From an uncultured delta proteobacterium (lineage in GTDB: Bacteria > Myxococcota_A > Polyangia > Polyangiales > Polyangiaceae), in assembly GCA_963841435.1 (NCBI GenBank), contig CAWJCS010000002.1, positions 864,001 through 928,000 on the forward strand: a stretch of 64,000 nt of DNA, given 5' to 3'. The position numbers were made by a program, and so were the translations under genes. Below the pieces are notes generated by a model. The model worked only from the letters and a program-made list of their open reading frames with translations. It searched no databases and had not been told where the DNA came from. Below, one piece after another: positions 14,706 to 26,556 of this stretch (position 1 is its first letter; every line of letters starts with the position of its first letter).

Positions 14706-16385
14706 TCAATTCACGCTGCTGCTGCGCGTTTCCGTGGGCGGCGGCTCGTCCCGGGCGCTCCGGGCAATCTCGTCGCGCCGCTCCGCGGCGGCCCGCACGA
14801 AACCGGTAAACAGTGGGTGAGCGGCGAGCGGCCTGCTCTTGAACTCCGGATGAAACTGGCACCCGACGAAGAACGGATGTGCCTCGAGCTCGACGATCTC
14901 GACGAGGCGGTCGTCGGGGCTCGTGCCGCTCAGCTTGAGGCCGGCTCGGGTCAGCGCCTCACGGTAGTCGTTGTTGAACTCGAAGCGGTGACGGTGACGC
15001 TCCGAGATTTGCTCCTGCCCGTAGAGCGTCGCCGCCCGGCTGCCGGGAGCGAGCACGCAGGGGTAGGCGCCGAGGCGCATGGTGCCACCCTTGTCCTTCA
15101 CCCCGCGCTGGTCGGGCATGAGATCGATGAGCGGATGGGGGCAGTCCTTCTGGAACTCGGTGGAGCTCGCACCCTTGAGGCCGCACAGGCTTCGCCCGTA
15201 CTCGATCACGGCGAGCTGCATGCCCAGGCAAATGCCGAAGAACGGCACGGCGTTCTCGCGCGCGTAGCGGATCGCTTGGATCTTGCCCTCGACGCCGCGA
15301 TCGCCGAAGCCGCCCGGCACGAGCACGGCATCGAGCCCGCTCAGCAAGGCCGCGGCGCTGCCGCGCTCGATCTGCTCGGAGTCGATGTACTCGAGCTGCA
15401 CCGCAACGTCGTTGGCGAGCCCGCCGTGGACGAGCGCTTCGTGCAGAGACTTGTAGCTGTCCTTGAGGTGAACGTATTTGCCGACGACGCCGATGCGCAC
15501 GCTGCCGCTCGACGGCTTCTTGAAGCGCTCCACCGTCTCCTGCCACGCGGTGAGGTCGGGCTGGCGAGACCAGATGTTCAGGCGCTCGGCTATCTGCGCA
15601 TCGAGCCCTTCGGCGTGCAACACGAGGGGCAACTCGTAGATGCACGAAACGTCCACGGCGGTGACCACGCTCTCGACGGGAACATTGGAGAAGAGCGCGA
15701 TCTTTTCCTTGAGGCCGCGCGCAATGGGTCGATCGGAGCGACAGATCAGGATGTCGGGCTGGATGCCGATCTCGCGCATCTCCCGAACCGAATGTTGCGT
15801 CGGCTTGGTCTTGAGCTCCCCTGCCGACGCGATGTGCGGCACGAGCGTCACGTGCACGCTCAGGGCGTTGGTGGCGCCCGCCTCGAGCTTGAGCTGGCGA
15901 ATCGCCTCGAGGAACGGGAGCGACTCGATGTCGCCCACGGTGCCGCCCACCTCGATGATGGCAACGTCTGCGTCGTCGGTGGCCTGGCGGATACGCGCCT
16001 TGATCTCGTCGGTGATGTGCGGGATGACCTGCACGGTCGCGCCGAGATACTCCCCGCGCCGCTCCTTCGTGATGACGGCCTCGTAGATGCGCCCAGTCGT
16101 CACGTTGGCCTGACGGGTCAGCCGCGCCGAGGTGAAGCGTTCGTAGTGCCCTAGATCCAGATCGGTTTCGGCCCCGTCGTCGGTGACGTAGACCTCGCCG
16201 TGCTGGTAGGGCGACATCGTGCCTGGATCGACGTTGATGTACGGATCCAGCTTCATGTGCGTCACGGCCAGGCCGCGCGCTTCCATCAATGCACCGATCG
16301 ACGCCGACGTGAGTCCCTTACCGATGGACGAGACGACACCGCCGGTGACGAGGACGAACTTGGTTCGTCGATTCACCGTGGACAT
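14706..16385 (-). CDS. pyrG: CTP synthase
   Basis: [46 protein letters not shown]. Confidence 0.98.
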   Translation of the reverse strand: MSTVNRRTKFVLVTGGVVSSIGKGLTSASIGALMEARGLAVTHMKLDPYINVDPGTMSPYQHGEVYVTDDGAETDLDLGHYERFTSARLTRQANVTTGRIYEAVITKERRGEYLGATVQVIPHITDEIKARIRQATDDADVAIIEVGGTVGDIESLPFLEAIRQLKLEAGATNALSVHVTLVPHIASAGELKTKPTQHSVREMREIGIQPDILICRSDRPIARGLKEKIALFSNVPVESVVTAVDVSCIYELPLVLHAEGLDAQIAERLNIWSRQPDLTAWQETVERFKKPSSGSVRIGVVGKYVHLKDSYKSLHEALVHGGLANDVAVQLEYIDSEQIERGSAAALLSGLDAVLVPGGFGDRGVEGKIQAIRYARENAVPFFGICLGMQLAVIEYGRSLCGLKGASSTEFQKDCPHPLIDLMPDQRGVKDKGGTMRLGAYPCVLAPGSRAATLYGQEQISERHRHRFEFNNDYREALTRAGLKLSGTSPDDRLVEIVELEAHPFFVGCQFHPEFKSRPLAAHPLFTGFVRAAAERRDEIARSARDEPPPTETRSSSVN

Positions 16386-16580
16386 CACGGAAGATTTGGG
16401 TATCACGCCTTGTCACGTCCTGCACGCCAAAACTCTTTTTCGTTGGGTTTGTACGGCGAAACCCCACACGATTTTTTTTCGTGCGCGCGCAGGACGAGTC
16501 GTGTCGGCGTGTTTCGCGCGCGTTCCGAAATAACGCGTGGCGCGCGCGCGTCCTCGAGAGCGCTCGTGGCGGGTCTCGCG

Positions 16581-17120
16581 TCAGAACTCGCCCACGACGC
16601 CGAGCCCGATCGTGCCGCGCCCCGCGACGATGGGGAGCGCCCGGACCCGAGCGTGGTCCTTTTGCAGCCGCTCGCTGCCAGCGTCGTCGTGGAGCAGAAA
16701 CGATTCCAGTATCACGCCAAGTCCGCCGACCTGTCCTATCCCGTCGACGATGGCCAGGAGCGAGCGCACGGCAACGAGGGCGTTTCCGCAGTTCGGGTTG
16801 CCGTTGCAGCCCATGTCGCGAAGGGAGAGAAAGGGACCCGCGACGGGGATGCGCAGCGCGGGCGCCCACTGCTCGTCACGGAACGCGTAGGAGGCGCCCA
16901 GCGATAGCCCATACCAGCCCACGGTGACCGCCGCGCCCGTGAGCAGTAGGCGAGTCCTCGTACCAGGGTCCACGCGCTCAGGCTCGGTGGCCGGACGGTC
17001 GCGGGTGGGAGCAGCCACGGTGGGCTCAGCGGCGTGCGTGGGGAGGCTCAGGAGACACCCCACGGCGACCACGCCCAAAGCCACCAATTTAGAGTGGTTT
17101 CGTGCGCTCACGCCCGCCAT
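16581..17120 (-). CDS. Secreted/membrane hypothetical protein
   Basis: Signal peptide, hydrophobic segments, IPVAGPF, CNGNPNC, C-terminal GLGVVGEF. Confidence 0.65.
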   Translation of the reverse strand: MAGVSARNHSKLVALGVVAVGCLLSLPTHAAEPTVAAPTRDRPATEPERVDPGTRTRLLLTGAAVTVGWYGLSLGASYAFRDEQWAPALRIPVAGPFLSLRDMGCNGNPNCGNALVAVRSLLAIVDGIGQVGGLGVILESFLLHDDAGSERLQKDHARVRALPIVAGRGTIGLGVVGEF

Positions 17121-17203
17121 ACGCGCGCACTTTGCCCCCGGAACCGGGGGCCTAGCAAGGCAGAAAGGTGGCCACCCGGTCGATCGCGTCTAAGACTCGA
17201 CCC

Positions 17204-18691
17204 ATGCGCCCCGCCGCGCCGACCGTCGTCACCCGCCGGGCTTTCCTTGCGTCGGCGGCGCTCCTCGCCTTTGCGGGGCGGGGTCGGGCTGCGCCTGCCG
17301 GGCTCGGGACTTTGCTCGGGCCCGCGCTCGAGGCCGCGGGGCGCTTTGCGACCTCGCACGGCGGTCAGTTCGGCGCCTGCTTCCTCGATGCGAGGACGGG
17401 CGAGGAGCTTGCCAGCCTGCACGGCGACGTGCCCGATAACCCTGCGTCCAACGAGAAGCTCGTCACTGCGGCGGCCGCGCTGCGCCTCCTCGGGCCGGAC
17501 CAGCGCTTCGAGACCGCGCTCTACGGCCGCCCCGTCAACGGTCGCATCGAGCGGCTCGTCCTCCGCGGCGAGGGTGACCCCTCCCTGTCGAGCGCCGATC
17601 TCACCGCCTTCGCAGGGGACCTTCGCACGCGAGGTGTCAAGGAGGTCGGCGACATCCTCGTCGACCAGAGTGCCTTCGAGGAGCGCTTCGTGCCGCCTGG
17701 CTTCGAGCAGCAGCCGGACGAGTGGGCAGCGTTTCGGGCCCCCGTGAGCGCCGTGGCCGTCGACCGGAATAGCGTGCTCATCACCATCGCGCCGACGACC
17801 AAGGGACTGTCGGCCCGCGTCGGCTTCGAGCCGAGCGGCTTCGTCAACGTCGAGGGCGACATCGAGACGGTTGCCAAGGGCACGCGCGCGCTGCCGCGCG
17901 TGGGTCTCTCCGCGAAGGGTCAGCACCTTGCCGCGCGCCTCAGCGGCTCCATCGCCGAGGGTGCCGACTCGTACCGCTACCGCCAGCGCGTCGATGACCC
18001 CAGGTTGCTCGCGGGCTACGTCCTCAGGGAAGGTCTGGCTTCGGTGGGCATCGCCGTTGGCGGCACGATTCGCCTCGGTGGAGCCGACGAGTCACGTGAG
18101 ATCGTGAGCCACGAGTCCGCAACGCTCGCCGAGCTCTTGCCGGAGCTCGGTAAGGCAAGCGACAACTTCTACGCGGAGATGGTGCTCCGCGCGCTCGGGC
18201 GGAGGTCGCGCGGACGCCCTGCGACGAGCGCCGCGGGCGCCGCCGCCGCCATCCAGTTCCTCAAGGACATCGGCGCTTGGGAGGATGGCCAGCGCGTCAC
18301 CAACGGCTCGGGCCTGTTCGATTCGAATCGCGTCACGCCGCGCTGTCTGTCGCGCGTGCTCGTGGCCATGACCAACGACGCCACGCTCGGCCCGCACTTT
18401 CGCGCGCAGCTCTCGGTCGGGGGAGTCGACGGCACGCTCAAGAGCCGCTTCAGGTCCCCGGGGACCCGCGGCGCCGTGCTCGGAAAGACTGGCACCTTGC
18501 GAGACGTCGTGGCGCTGAGCGGCTACGTCCTCGGCGCCGACAACCGGCCTTCCGTCGCCTTCTCGTGCCTAATGTCCGGGATCGCCGGGCGCACCGGTGC
18601 CGCGCGGCAGGCGATGGACCGCATCGTCGGAATCGCCGTCGGCGAGGCGCGGCGCTCATCGCCCGACGGCGCCCGCGCCGCGGCGCCGTGA
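17204..18691 (+). CDS. dacB: D-Ala-D-Ala carboxypeptidase/endopeptidase (PBP4, peptidase S13)
   Basis: PASNEK (SxxK), SDN and KTGTL motifs, GDP, NGSGL. TRRAFL Tat-like signal. Confidence 0.95.
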   Translation: MRPAAPTVVTRRAFLASAALLAFAGRGRAAPAGLGTLLGPALEAAGRFATSHGGQFGACFLDARTGEELASLHGDVPDNPASNEKLVTAAAALRLLGPDQRFETALYGRPVNGRIERLVLRGEGDPSLSSADLTAFAGDLRTRGVKEVGDILVDQSAFEERFVPPGFEQQPDEWAAFRAPVSAVAVDRNSVLITIAPTTKGLSARVGFEPSGFVNVEGDIETVAKGTRALPRVGLSAKGQHLAARLSGSIAEGADSYRYRQRVDDPRLLAGYVLREGLASVGIAVGGTIRLGGADESREIVSHESATLAELLPELGKASDNFYAEMVLRALGRRSRGRPATSAAGAAAAIQFLKDIGAWEDGQRVTNGSGLFDSNRVTPRCLSRVLVAMTNDATLGPHFRAQLSVGGVDGTLKSRFRSPGTRGAVLGKTGTLRDVVALSGYVLGADNRPSVAFSCLMSGIAGRTGAARQAMDRIVGIAVGEARRSSPDGARAAAP

Positions 18692-18822
18692 CCGGGGTCC
18701 GCCCCGGCCCCCTTCGGCCGCCGCTGATTTTCTGATCGAAAGGGTCCGGAGGCGCATCGCAGGAGGCACACCGGCGGCCCGGCGGCGAGCCGAGCGGCCG
18801 CGAGCCCGACGGGGCACCTGCC

Positions 18823-19509
18823 ATGCGAAAGCTGCTGATTCGTTTACTCCCCTTTGGGGCATGCCTTTTCGGCATGGGCTGTTCGGCGGGGCCGGCGCAC
18901 GCCCCCGCGCCGGCGCCCCTGACCGTGACCTGGCCGGTGGACCGCCTCGACACCGTCGGCGGCTACCACGTGAAGGTCGTCGGCACCCCCGCCGTCAAGG
19001 ACGACGGCACCGGACCCGCTGTCTGCTTCGGCGGCGAGGACGACGGTCTGGACGTCGCCATCAACCCGCTCGACCTGCAGACCGAGTTCACCATCGAGGT
19101 GCTGTTCAAGCCCGAGCCCGGCGGCTCGCCCCGACAGCAGTTCTTCCACCTTGCCGACGACGACGGAGGCAACGTGCTCTTGGAGCTCGCCGTCGGTTCG
19201 CGTGGCAAGTTTCGGCTGAGCTCGTTCTCCAAGGTCGGAGACGAGAAGCGCGACCTCAGCGGCCCTCCCGGGTCCCAGAAGGTAGACACTTGGTACTGGG
19301 CCGCGCTCACGTACTCCGAGGAGACGGCGCGGCTCTACCTGAACGGACAGGAACAGGCGGGCGACCACGTCGCGCTCAGACCCATGTCGCACGGCCAGAT
19401 GGGGATCGGCTACCGCATGTCGGAGGAGAACTGGTTCCGAGGCTGTGTGCGCGAGCTCAGGTTTGCCAACGCCGCGCTCTCCGCCGATCGCTTGCAGAGC
19501 ACGGAGTAG
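18823..19509 (+). CDS. LamG/concanavalin A-like lipoprotein
   Basis: GMGC lipobox, FTIEVLFKP, WYWAALTY, LYLNG, FRGCVRELRF. Confidence 0.8.
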   Translation: MRKLLIRLLPFGACLFGMGCSAGPAHAPAPAPLTVTWPVDRLDTVGGYHVKVVGTPAVKDDGTGPAVCFGGEDDGLDVAINPLDLQTEFTIEVLFKPEPGGSPRQQFFHLADDDGGNVLLELAVGSRGKFRLSSFSKVGDEKRDLSGPPGSQKVDTWYWAALTYSEETARLYLNGQEQAGDHVALRPMSHGQMGIGYRMSEENWFRGCVRELRFANAALSADRLQSTE

Positions 19510-19543
19510 CGATCACCTCGCCCAGACCGCGCGCTCCCCGGGC

Positions 19544-19933
19544 TCAGGGCGTCTGCGCCTGGGCCTGCGCTGCGCGGAACGCTTCCAGATCGTGATCGTA
19601 CTCGCTGCGATCCGTGAGTGTCATCGACAAGAACAGGATCAAGAAGAGCACGCTCGTCAGAAAGAGGATCAGGTGAAAGACCCGATCCCAGCGGAGGTGC
19701 ATGAAGTAGGTCACGACAAGCCCCGCCTTGATCGTCGCGATCACCATGGCGACCGTGAGGTTGCCCTGGGCGCCCAGATCGAAGCTCGTGACGCTTACCG
19801 TGAGGATCGTGAGCACCAGGAGGGCGCCCAGCACGGTGAAGAGCAGGGGCAGCGGTGTCGGGTGCGCGAACCCGTGCTCCGCGTGCTCGCCCGCGTGGTC
19901 TCCACCTTTGGATGCGTGTGCGTCGTCAGACAT
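19544..19933 (-). CDS. Cytochrome c oxidase subunit IV family protein
   Basis: Three TMs and IATIKAGLVVTYFMHL. Last gene of the cox cluster. Confidence 0.9.
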   Translation of the reverse strand: MSDDAHASKGGDHAGEHAEHGFAHPTPLPLLFTVLGALLVLTILTVSVTSFDLGAQGNLTVAMVIATIKAGLVVTYFMHLRWDRVFHLILFLTSVLFLILFLSMTLTDRSEYDHDLEAFRAAQAQAQTP

Positions 19934-19940
19934 CGTCGCC

Positions 19941-20951
19941 TCAGTGAATCAGGTAGAGCAGCGGGAACAGGTAGATCCAGATCATGTCTACCAAGTGCCA
20001 ATAGAGCGCCGCGTAGTCGATGGGGCCGAAGTAGTCGGGTCCGAAGACCTTCCTTCTTGCCTTCGTCAAAAGCCAGATCCAGATGCCGATGCCGATCAGG
20101 ACGTGCAGGCCGTGCAGGCCCGTCATGAAGAAGTAGATGCTGAAAAACACGTGCGCGTTGCGTGGCCGCGAGATCCCGTGGGGTGTTTCGGACTTTTCGC
20201 CGATCAGGCCCGCGGCGAGCAACGGCTCGACCTGCTCGAGCGTGGGTGGCTCGGCGCTCTCGGGTGTGCCTTCTTCCTTGTTCGGATCGGCCGCGGCGGC
20301 GGGCTTGGCGGCGCCGGCCGGCTCGGCCGCCTTGGCCTCGGTCGCCTCCTGGGCGCGCGCGAGCTTTTCGGCGTACTCGGCCGCTTCGGGGTGCTTCTTC
20401 TTGAACGAAGGTAGCTCCCAGATCTGCTCCTTGGGCGCGAAGTTCGGACCCCAGAGCAGTCCGTCGTGGAACTTGTGGGAGTACTCGACGTACTTGATCC
20501 CCATGAACGTGCAGGCGCACGCGATGGTGATGACGATGTTGGTCATCAGCATCGTGTGCTGACGAAGCTGCGCGTTTCGCACGGCCCACGCTGCCGTCAA
20601 GCTGCTGATGAGCAGCACGCAGGTGTTGAGGGCGCCGAGTCGAGTATCGAGGAAGTAGTGCGCATACACGAAGACCTCGGGGCGGATGCCTCGATAGATG
20701 GTGTACGCGCAGAAGAGCCCCGCGAAGAACAGCACCTCCGTCAGCAAGAACAGCCAGATGCCGAGCTTGCCGGCTTCGAACTGCTGCTGCGGCGTGTCGA
20801 AGTGGTGCGCGAGGTGAGGATGCGTGGCGTGCTCGTGATCCTCGTGATCGTGCCCATGGCTACCCGCGTGATCGTGGCCGTGCGCTGCCACCGCCGCCGG
20901 GGGCGCCGAGGGCTCTGCCGACGGCTCTGCTTGGGGAGTCGGTTCGCTCAT
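19941..20951 (-). CDS. ctaE: Cytochrome c oxidase subunit III
   Basis: GIWLFLLTEVLFF, NTCVLLISS, TGLHGLHV, LYWHLVD. Confidence 0.95.
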   Translation of the reverse strand: MSEPTPQAEPSAEPSAPPAAVAAHGHDHAGSHGHDHEDHEHATHPHLAHHFDTPQQQFEAGKLGIWLFLLTEVLFFAGLFCAYTIYRGIRPEVFVYAHYFLDTRLGALNTCVLLISSLTAAWAVRNAQLRQHTMLMTNIVITIACACTFMGIKYVEYSHKFHDGLLWGPNFAPKEQIWELPSFKKKHPEAAEYAEKLARAQEATEAKAAEPAGAAKPAAAADPNKEEGTPESAEPPTLEQVEPLLAAGLIGEKSETPHGISRPRNAHVFFSIYFFMTGLHGLHVLIGIGIWIWLLTKARRKVFGPDYFGPIDYAALYWHLVDMIWIYLFPLLYLIH

Positions 20952-20961
20952 GGTCGAGTCC

Positions 20962-22641
<1,680 letters not shown>

Positions 22642-22660
22642 GGACCGGGTTCCTTCGCTC

Positions 22661-23656
22661 TTACTTCAGGGTCTTGATGTACTCGATGACGCCGCTGAGC
22701 TGGCGATCACTGAGCTTGCCCTGGTAGGTGGGCATCGAGGGCGGGAAACCCTCCACGATTTTCGCCTGCGGGTCCTGGATCGACTCGCGGATGTAGTCCT
22801 CGTCGACCGTGGCCGCCGTGCCCCCCGTGAAGTGCTCCGTCTTGCCGAACACGCCCTTCCAGGAAGGACCGATGCGAGGCGTGCCGTCGGTGCTGTGGCA
22901 CGTGGCACAGCCCTGCTTGTCGTAAATCAGCTTGCCGAGATCGACGAGCGGGATGTCTTCCATCTTCTTCTTCGCCTCGGCGAGCCACTTCTCGAAGCCA
23001 CCGGGCTCGTGAACGATCACGCGGCTCAGCATGTCCGAGTGGGAGGTGCCGCAGTACTCGGCGCAGAAGATGGGGAACTCTCCGACCTTCGTGGCGTGAA
23101 ACCAGAGGTCGGTGTAGCGACCGGGCACGGCGTCCATCTTCACGCGGAAGTTCGGCAAGAACAGGCTGTGCAAAACGTCAACCGAATGGATGACGATGCG
23201 CACGTCGCGATCGACGGGCACGTGCAACGCGTCTTCCGTGCCATGGGGGTAGTCGAAGAGCCACTTCCACTTCTGACCCGTGGCCTGGATCTCGAGCGCG
23301 CCCTTGGGCGGCGTGCGGAGATTGACGAACCCGCGGAAGCCCCAGACGAAAAGGGCGATCACCACGAAGAGCGGCAGAATCGACCAGGTGATTTCGAGCG
23401 TGGTGTTGTGCTCGGAGCTGCGCTCGGAGAGCTCGTTCTGCGCGCGAGCTCCGGCTCGGTACTTCGTCACGAAGTACGCCATCGCCGCGAAGATGGCGAT
23501 CGAGCAAATGACCGACATCCAGATCATGAACATGTAGAGCCAGTCGATCTGGTGCGCCGTGGTGGACGCATCGAGCGGCATCCAGAACGTGTCCGAGTCT
23601 GGAAGCTTGGGAAGGGTCTGGGCTGGCTGGAGCAAGAACGTGGGGGTCATGGTCAT
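22661..23656 (-). CDS. coxB: Cytochrome c oxidase subunit II with fused cytochrome c (caa3)
   Basis: [17 protein letters not shown]uA site and C-terminal CATCH...MP. Confidence 0.96.
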   Translation of the reverse strand: MTMTPTFLLQPAQTLPKLPDSDTFWMPLDASTTAHQIDWLYMFMIWMSVICSIAIFAAMAYFVTKYRAGARAQNELSERSSEHNTTLEITWSILPLFVVIALFVWGFRGFVNLRTPPKGALEIQATGQKWKWLFDYPHGTEDALHVPVDRDVRIVIHSVDVLHSLFLPNFRVKMDAVPGRYTDLWFHATKVGEFPIFCAEYCGTSHSDMLSRVIVHEPGGFEKWLAEAKKKMEDIPLVDLGKLIYDKQGCATCHSTDGTPRIGPSWKGVFGKTEHFTGGTAATVDEDYIRESIQDPQAKIVEGFPPSMPTYQGKLSDRQLSGVIEYIKTLK

Positions 23657-24534
23657 GAAACGCTTTCAGCGGGCTTCGACGACGAGCGCTTGTGACGCTT
23701 CTTCCGCTCTGCTCGGAGGAGCACGATCACGAAGCCGGCGAGCAGCACCACGCTCACGGCGCCGCCCACGCGCATGATCCTGGATGCCACGGGGGCGTAG
23801 CGCCCGACGCTGGCGTCGTAGTGGAAGCAATAGAGGACGAGCTTGTCGAACGGCGTGCCGATCTTGCCTTCCGAGGCTTCGAGGAGCGCGAGCCTGAGCG
23901 ACTGCGGCGGGTACTCGATGCCGTAGAGGTAGCGGACGATCTTGCCGTCGGGGCTCGCGACCGCCATGGCCGAGGGGTGCGCGTACTCGTTGCGCTCGGG
24001 GTTGTAGCCGAAGCCGAAGCCGAGCGCCTTGGCGTACCCCTTCACGGCCTGCTCGTTGCCCGTCAAGAAGTGCCAGCCGTCCTTCGCCTCGGGGCGCCCG
24101 TACGCGGCGAGGTAGCGGTGCTGCGTCTTTAGCGCCTGCTCCGGCGTCTCGCGGTGGTCGATACTCACCGTCACCATGCGAAAATCGCGGCCCGGCACGT
24201 AAGCGATCTGCTTTAGCCCCTCGACGAAGCCGTTGAGCATCAGGCCGCACAGCATCGGGCAGTTCGAGTAGTTGAACGTCAGCACGACGGGCAGCTTGCC
24301 GTCGAAGTAATCCCCGAGGGTGACGGGGCGGCCGAGCTCGTCGTGAAACGCGAGTGACGCCGGAACGTGCGAACCGAGATGCTCGTCGACCTCGACGTTT
24401 TCGAGCGCCTTGGGGGTCGCGTCCGTGCGATCGGCCCGCTCGCCCGGGGATACGGGATGCGCCGTCGCGGTGGGCGGAGAGAGCAGGCACGCCACGAGCG
24501 CGGCCCCGACGAGCAGCCCACGCCTACTAGCCAT
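23653..24534 (-). CDS. SCO family copper chaperone
   Basis: YSNCPMLC, WHFLTG, YAHP and a C-terminal TM. Confidence 0.92.
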   Translation of the reverse strand: MASRRGLLVGAALVACLLSPPTATAHPVSPGERADRTDATPKALENVEVDEHLGSHVPASLAFHDELGRPVTLGDYFDGKLPVVLTFNYSNCPMLCGLMLNGFVEGLKQIAYVPGRDFRMVTVSIDHRETPEQALKTQHRYLAAYGRPEAKDGWHFLTGNEQAVKGYAKALGFGFGYNPERNEYAHPSAMAVASPDGKIVRYLYGIEYPPQSLRLALLEASEGKIGTPFDKLVLYCFHYDASVGRYAPVASRIMRVGGAVSVVLLAGFVIVLLRAERKKRHKRSSSKPAESVS

Positions 24535-25192
24535 CGCTCGTGGGTGGCGCGGCCGGCGGCTTCGGTGCGGGGGCCGCGGGCGTTGCCGTGGGCTTGGGGT
24601 TCGGCATCATGGGTGCCGCCGTGGGCGTGGGGCTCGGCACCATGGGTGCCGCCGTGGGCGTGGGGCTCGGCACCATGGGTGCCGCCGTGGGCTTGGCGCT
24701 CGGCATCACGGGCGCCGTGCCTGTTGCGGGAGCGGGCGCGACGGTCGCCGAAGGGGCAGCCGGAGGAGGCGTGCTGGGCGCGGGGGCGAGCGGCGCCCCG
24801 TCGGCTCCCACCGCGCCCTCGGTCCCCGCGTCGGCTTCCGCGGCACCGGCGTCGCCTTCCACGCCAGCGTCGGCGTCGGCCGCGGTGTCGGCGCCCGCGT
24901 CCTTTTCGGGAGCGGGCGGCGTGGCGCTCCAGGGGTCGCGCTGCAAATCGATGACGACCGAGCTCATGGCCCGCTCGATTGGCAGGCGCCCAGCTTCGAG
25001 CTTCTCGCGCTGCTCCTTGACGAGCGAGTGGTAGGGAATCGCCGCGAGGCCCGCGCGCTCCGCGGCGACCGTGCCGACCTCGTAGCGGACGAGGGCGTCG
25101 ACGGCCAGGGCGATGGCCAGGGTGGCAAAGGTTCCCACGGCGACGATGGTCCCGAGGGCGCCGCTGTTGACCTTATCGTTCTCGGTGGCCAT
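24527..25192 (-). CDS. Single-TM hypothetical protein at the ActG position, with acidic/Pro-rich tail
   Basis: ATG overlaps the actF stop. TM ALGTIVAVGTFATLAIALAV, then RLPIERAM (resembles the ActG IPIxxAM motif). Confidence 0.6.
   Translation of the reverse strand: MATENDKVNSGALGTIVAVGTFATLAIALAVDALVRYEVGTVAAERAGLAAIPYHSLVKEQREKLEAGRLPIERAMSSVVIDLQRDPWSATPPAPEKDAGADTAADADAGVEGDAGAAEADAGTEGAVGADGAPLAPAPSTPPPAAPSATVAPAPATGTAPVMPSAKPTAAPMVPSPTPTAAPMVPSPTPTAAPMMPNPKPTATPAAPAPKPPAAPPTSDG
24585..24710. repeat. 33-bp tandem repeat (~3.5 copies; VPSPTPTAAPM)
   Basis: catgggtgccgccgtgggc... recurs at 24608, 24641 and 24674. Confidence 0.9.
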
Positions 25193-26529
25193 CAGAGGTT
25201 CTCGAAGGCGAGCGAGCGAGCGAGTCGCGGGTCCTTGGTGGGGAGCAGGTTGAGCCCCTTGGCGCGCTGGGCCGCGGCGGCCACGAGCGCGCTCAAGAGA
25301 CCGATCAGGCAGAGGATATCCATCGCCTGCAGGTTCGGTTCCTCGTCGAAGCTCGGCATGACGAGCCAGTACATGTCGACGTAGACCATGCCGAGCATCC
25401 ACACCGCGAAGAAGGCGAGCGTCTTCTTGTTGCGCTTGATGTGGCGCGAGAGCAGCCCGAAGAATGGGAACACGAAGTGCCCGAACACGAGCGCCCAGGA
25501 GACGGTGCCCCAGCCTCCTGCGAAGCGCTCCTTGAACCAGGCCGTCTCCTCGGGGATGTTCGCGTACCAGATCAGCATGAACTGCGAGAAGCCGATGTAG
25601 GCCCAGAACACGGTGAAGGCGAATAGCATCTTACCCACGTCGTGGTAGTGCTCGACCGTTACGCTTTTCGTCAGGCGGCCCTTGGCTTGCAGCCACATCG
25701 CCGCGAGGCTCAGCGTGGCGTGCACGGCAAGTACGCAGCTCGCGAAGAAGTACACGCCGAAGATCGTGCTGAACCAGTGGGCGTCCACCGACATGAGGAG
25801 GTCGACAGCGCAGAAGGTCAGCGTCAGCGCGAACAGGATCATGGCCGGCCCCGAGACGCGCCGCATGGACGGGATGATCTCCGCGCCGCCCGTTTCGTCG
25901 AGGCGTACGGAGCCGTTCAGGTAGAAACGCGAGAGCAGCGTCCAGAACCCGAAATAGAACACCATCCTCAGCGCGAAAAAGCCGGGATTCAGGTAGGCCG
26001 CCTTGTGAGCCAGCATGTGGTCGGCCTCCATCTGCGCGTGGTCCGCCCACGCGTAGATGAGGCCGCTGCCGTTGAGCACCGGCAACACGATGGGCAGCGA
26101 GAGCACCGCCATGAGCGGAGCGTTCGCGGCGAACACCTCGCCGATGCGGCGTAGCACCACGCTCCAGTGAGCGTTCACGAGGTGTTGCAAAGTGACCCAG
26201 AACAAGTGGCCCGCGCTGATCGCCAGGGCGACGGCGTAGGCGACGAGGTAGGCGCGCGAGAGCCGCTTGAACCCGTCGCCGGCGGAAGCGCCGAGGACGA
26301 CGGCCAGGCCGAGTGAAACGACCGCGAGGCCGGCGGCCTTCGCGAACAACGTGCTGCCCTCGCTGCCGAGCCGGATGCTGTCCGACACGCCTCCGACGAG
26401 CGTTTGCACCGAGGCGTCGTCGGCGCGCGGCTTCGTGCCCGTGGCTTTCGACTCCGCCGATCCTTTCGAGGAGTCGGGCTTGCGCTCGGAGCCGCCCTTG
26501 CCTTTGCTGCCTTTCTTCGCGGTTGCCAT
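25192..26529 (-). CDS. actF: Alternative complex III subunit ActF
   Basis: About 10 TMs, HWFSTIFG, HDVGKMLF, FSQFMLIWYANIPEE, plus operon position. Confidence 0.92.
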   Translation of the reverse strand: MATAKKGSKGKGGSERKPDSSKGSAESKATGTKPRADDASVQTLVGGVSDSIRLGSEGSTLFAKAAGLAVVSLGLAVVLGASAGDGFKRLSRAYLVAYAVALAISAGHLFWVTLQHLVNAHWSVVLRRIGEVFAANAPLMAVLSLPIVLPVLNGSGLIYAWADHAQMEADHMLAHKAAYLNPGFFALRMVFYFGFWTLLSRFYLNGSVRLDETGGAEIIPSMRRVSGPAMILFALTLTFCAVDLLMSVDAHWFSTIFGVYFFASCVLAVHATLSLAAMWLQAKGRLTKSVTVEHYHDVGKMLFAFTVFWAYIGFSQFMLIWYANIPEETAWFKERFAGGWGTVSWALVFGHFVFPFFGLLSRHIKRNKKTLAFFAVWMLGMVYVDMYWLVMPSFDEEPNLQAMDILCLIGLLSALVAAAAQRAKGLNLLPTKDPRLARSLAFENL

Positions 26530-26556
26530 CGTGTCGTCTTCGCTTCGTTCGGAGGC

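Noticed and set aside
24585-24710. 33-bp repeats as a CRISPR array
   Set aside because: Contiguous in-frame units without unique spacers, and no cas genes.
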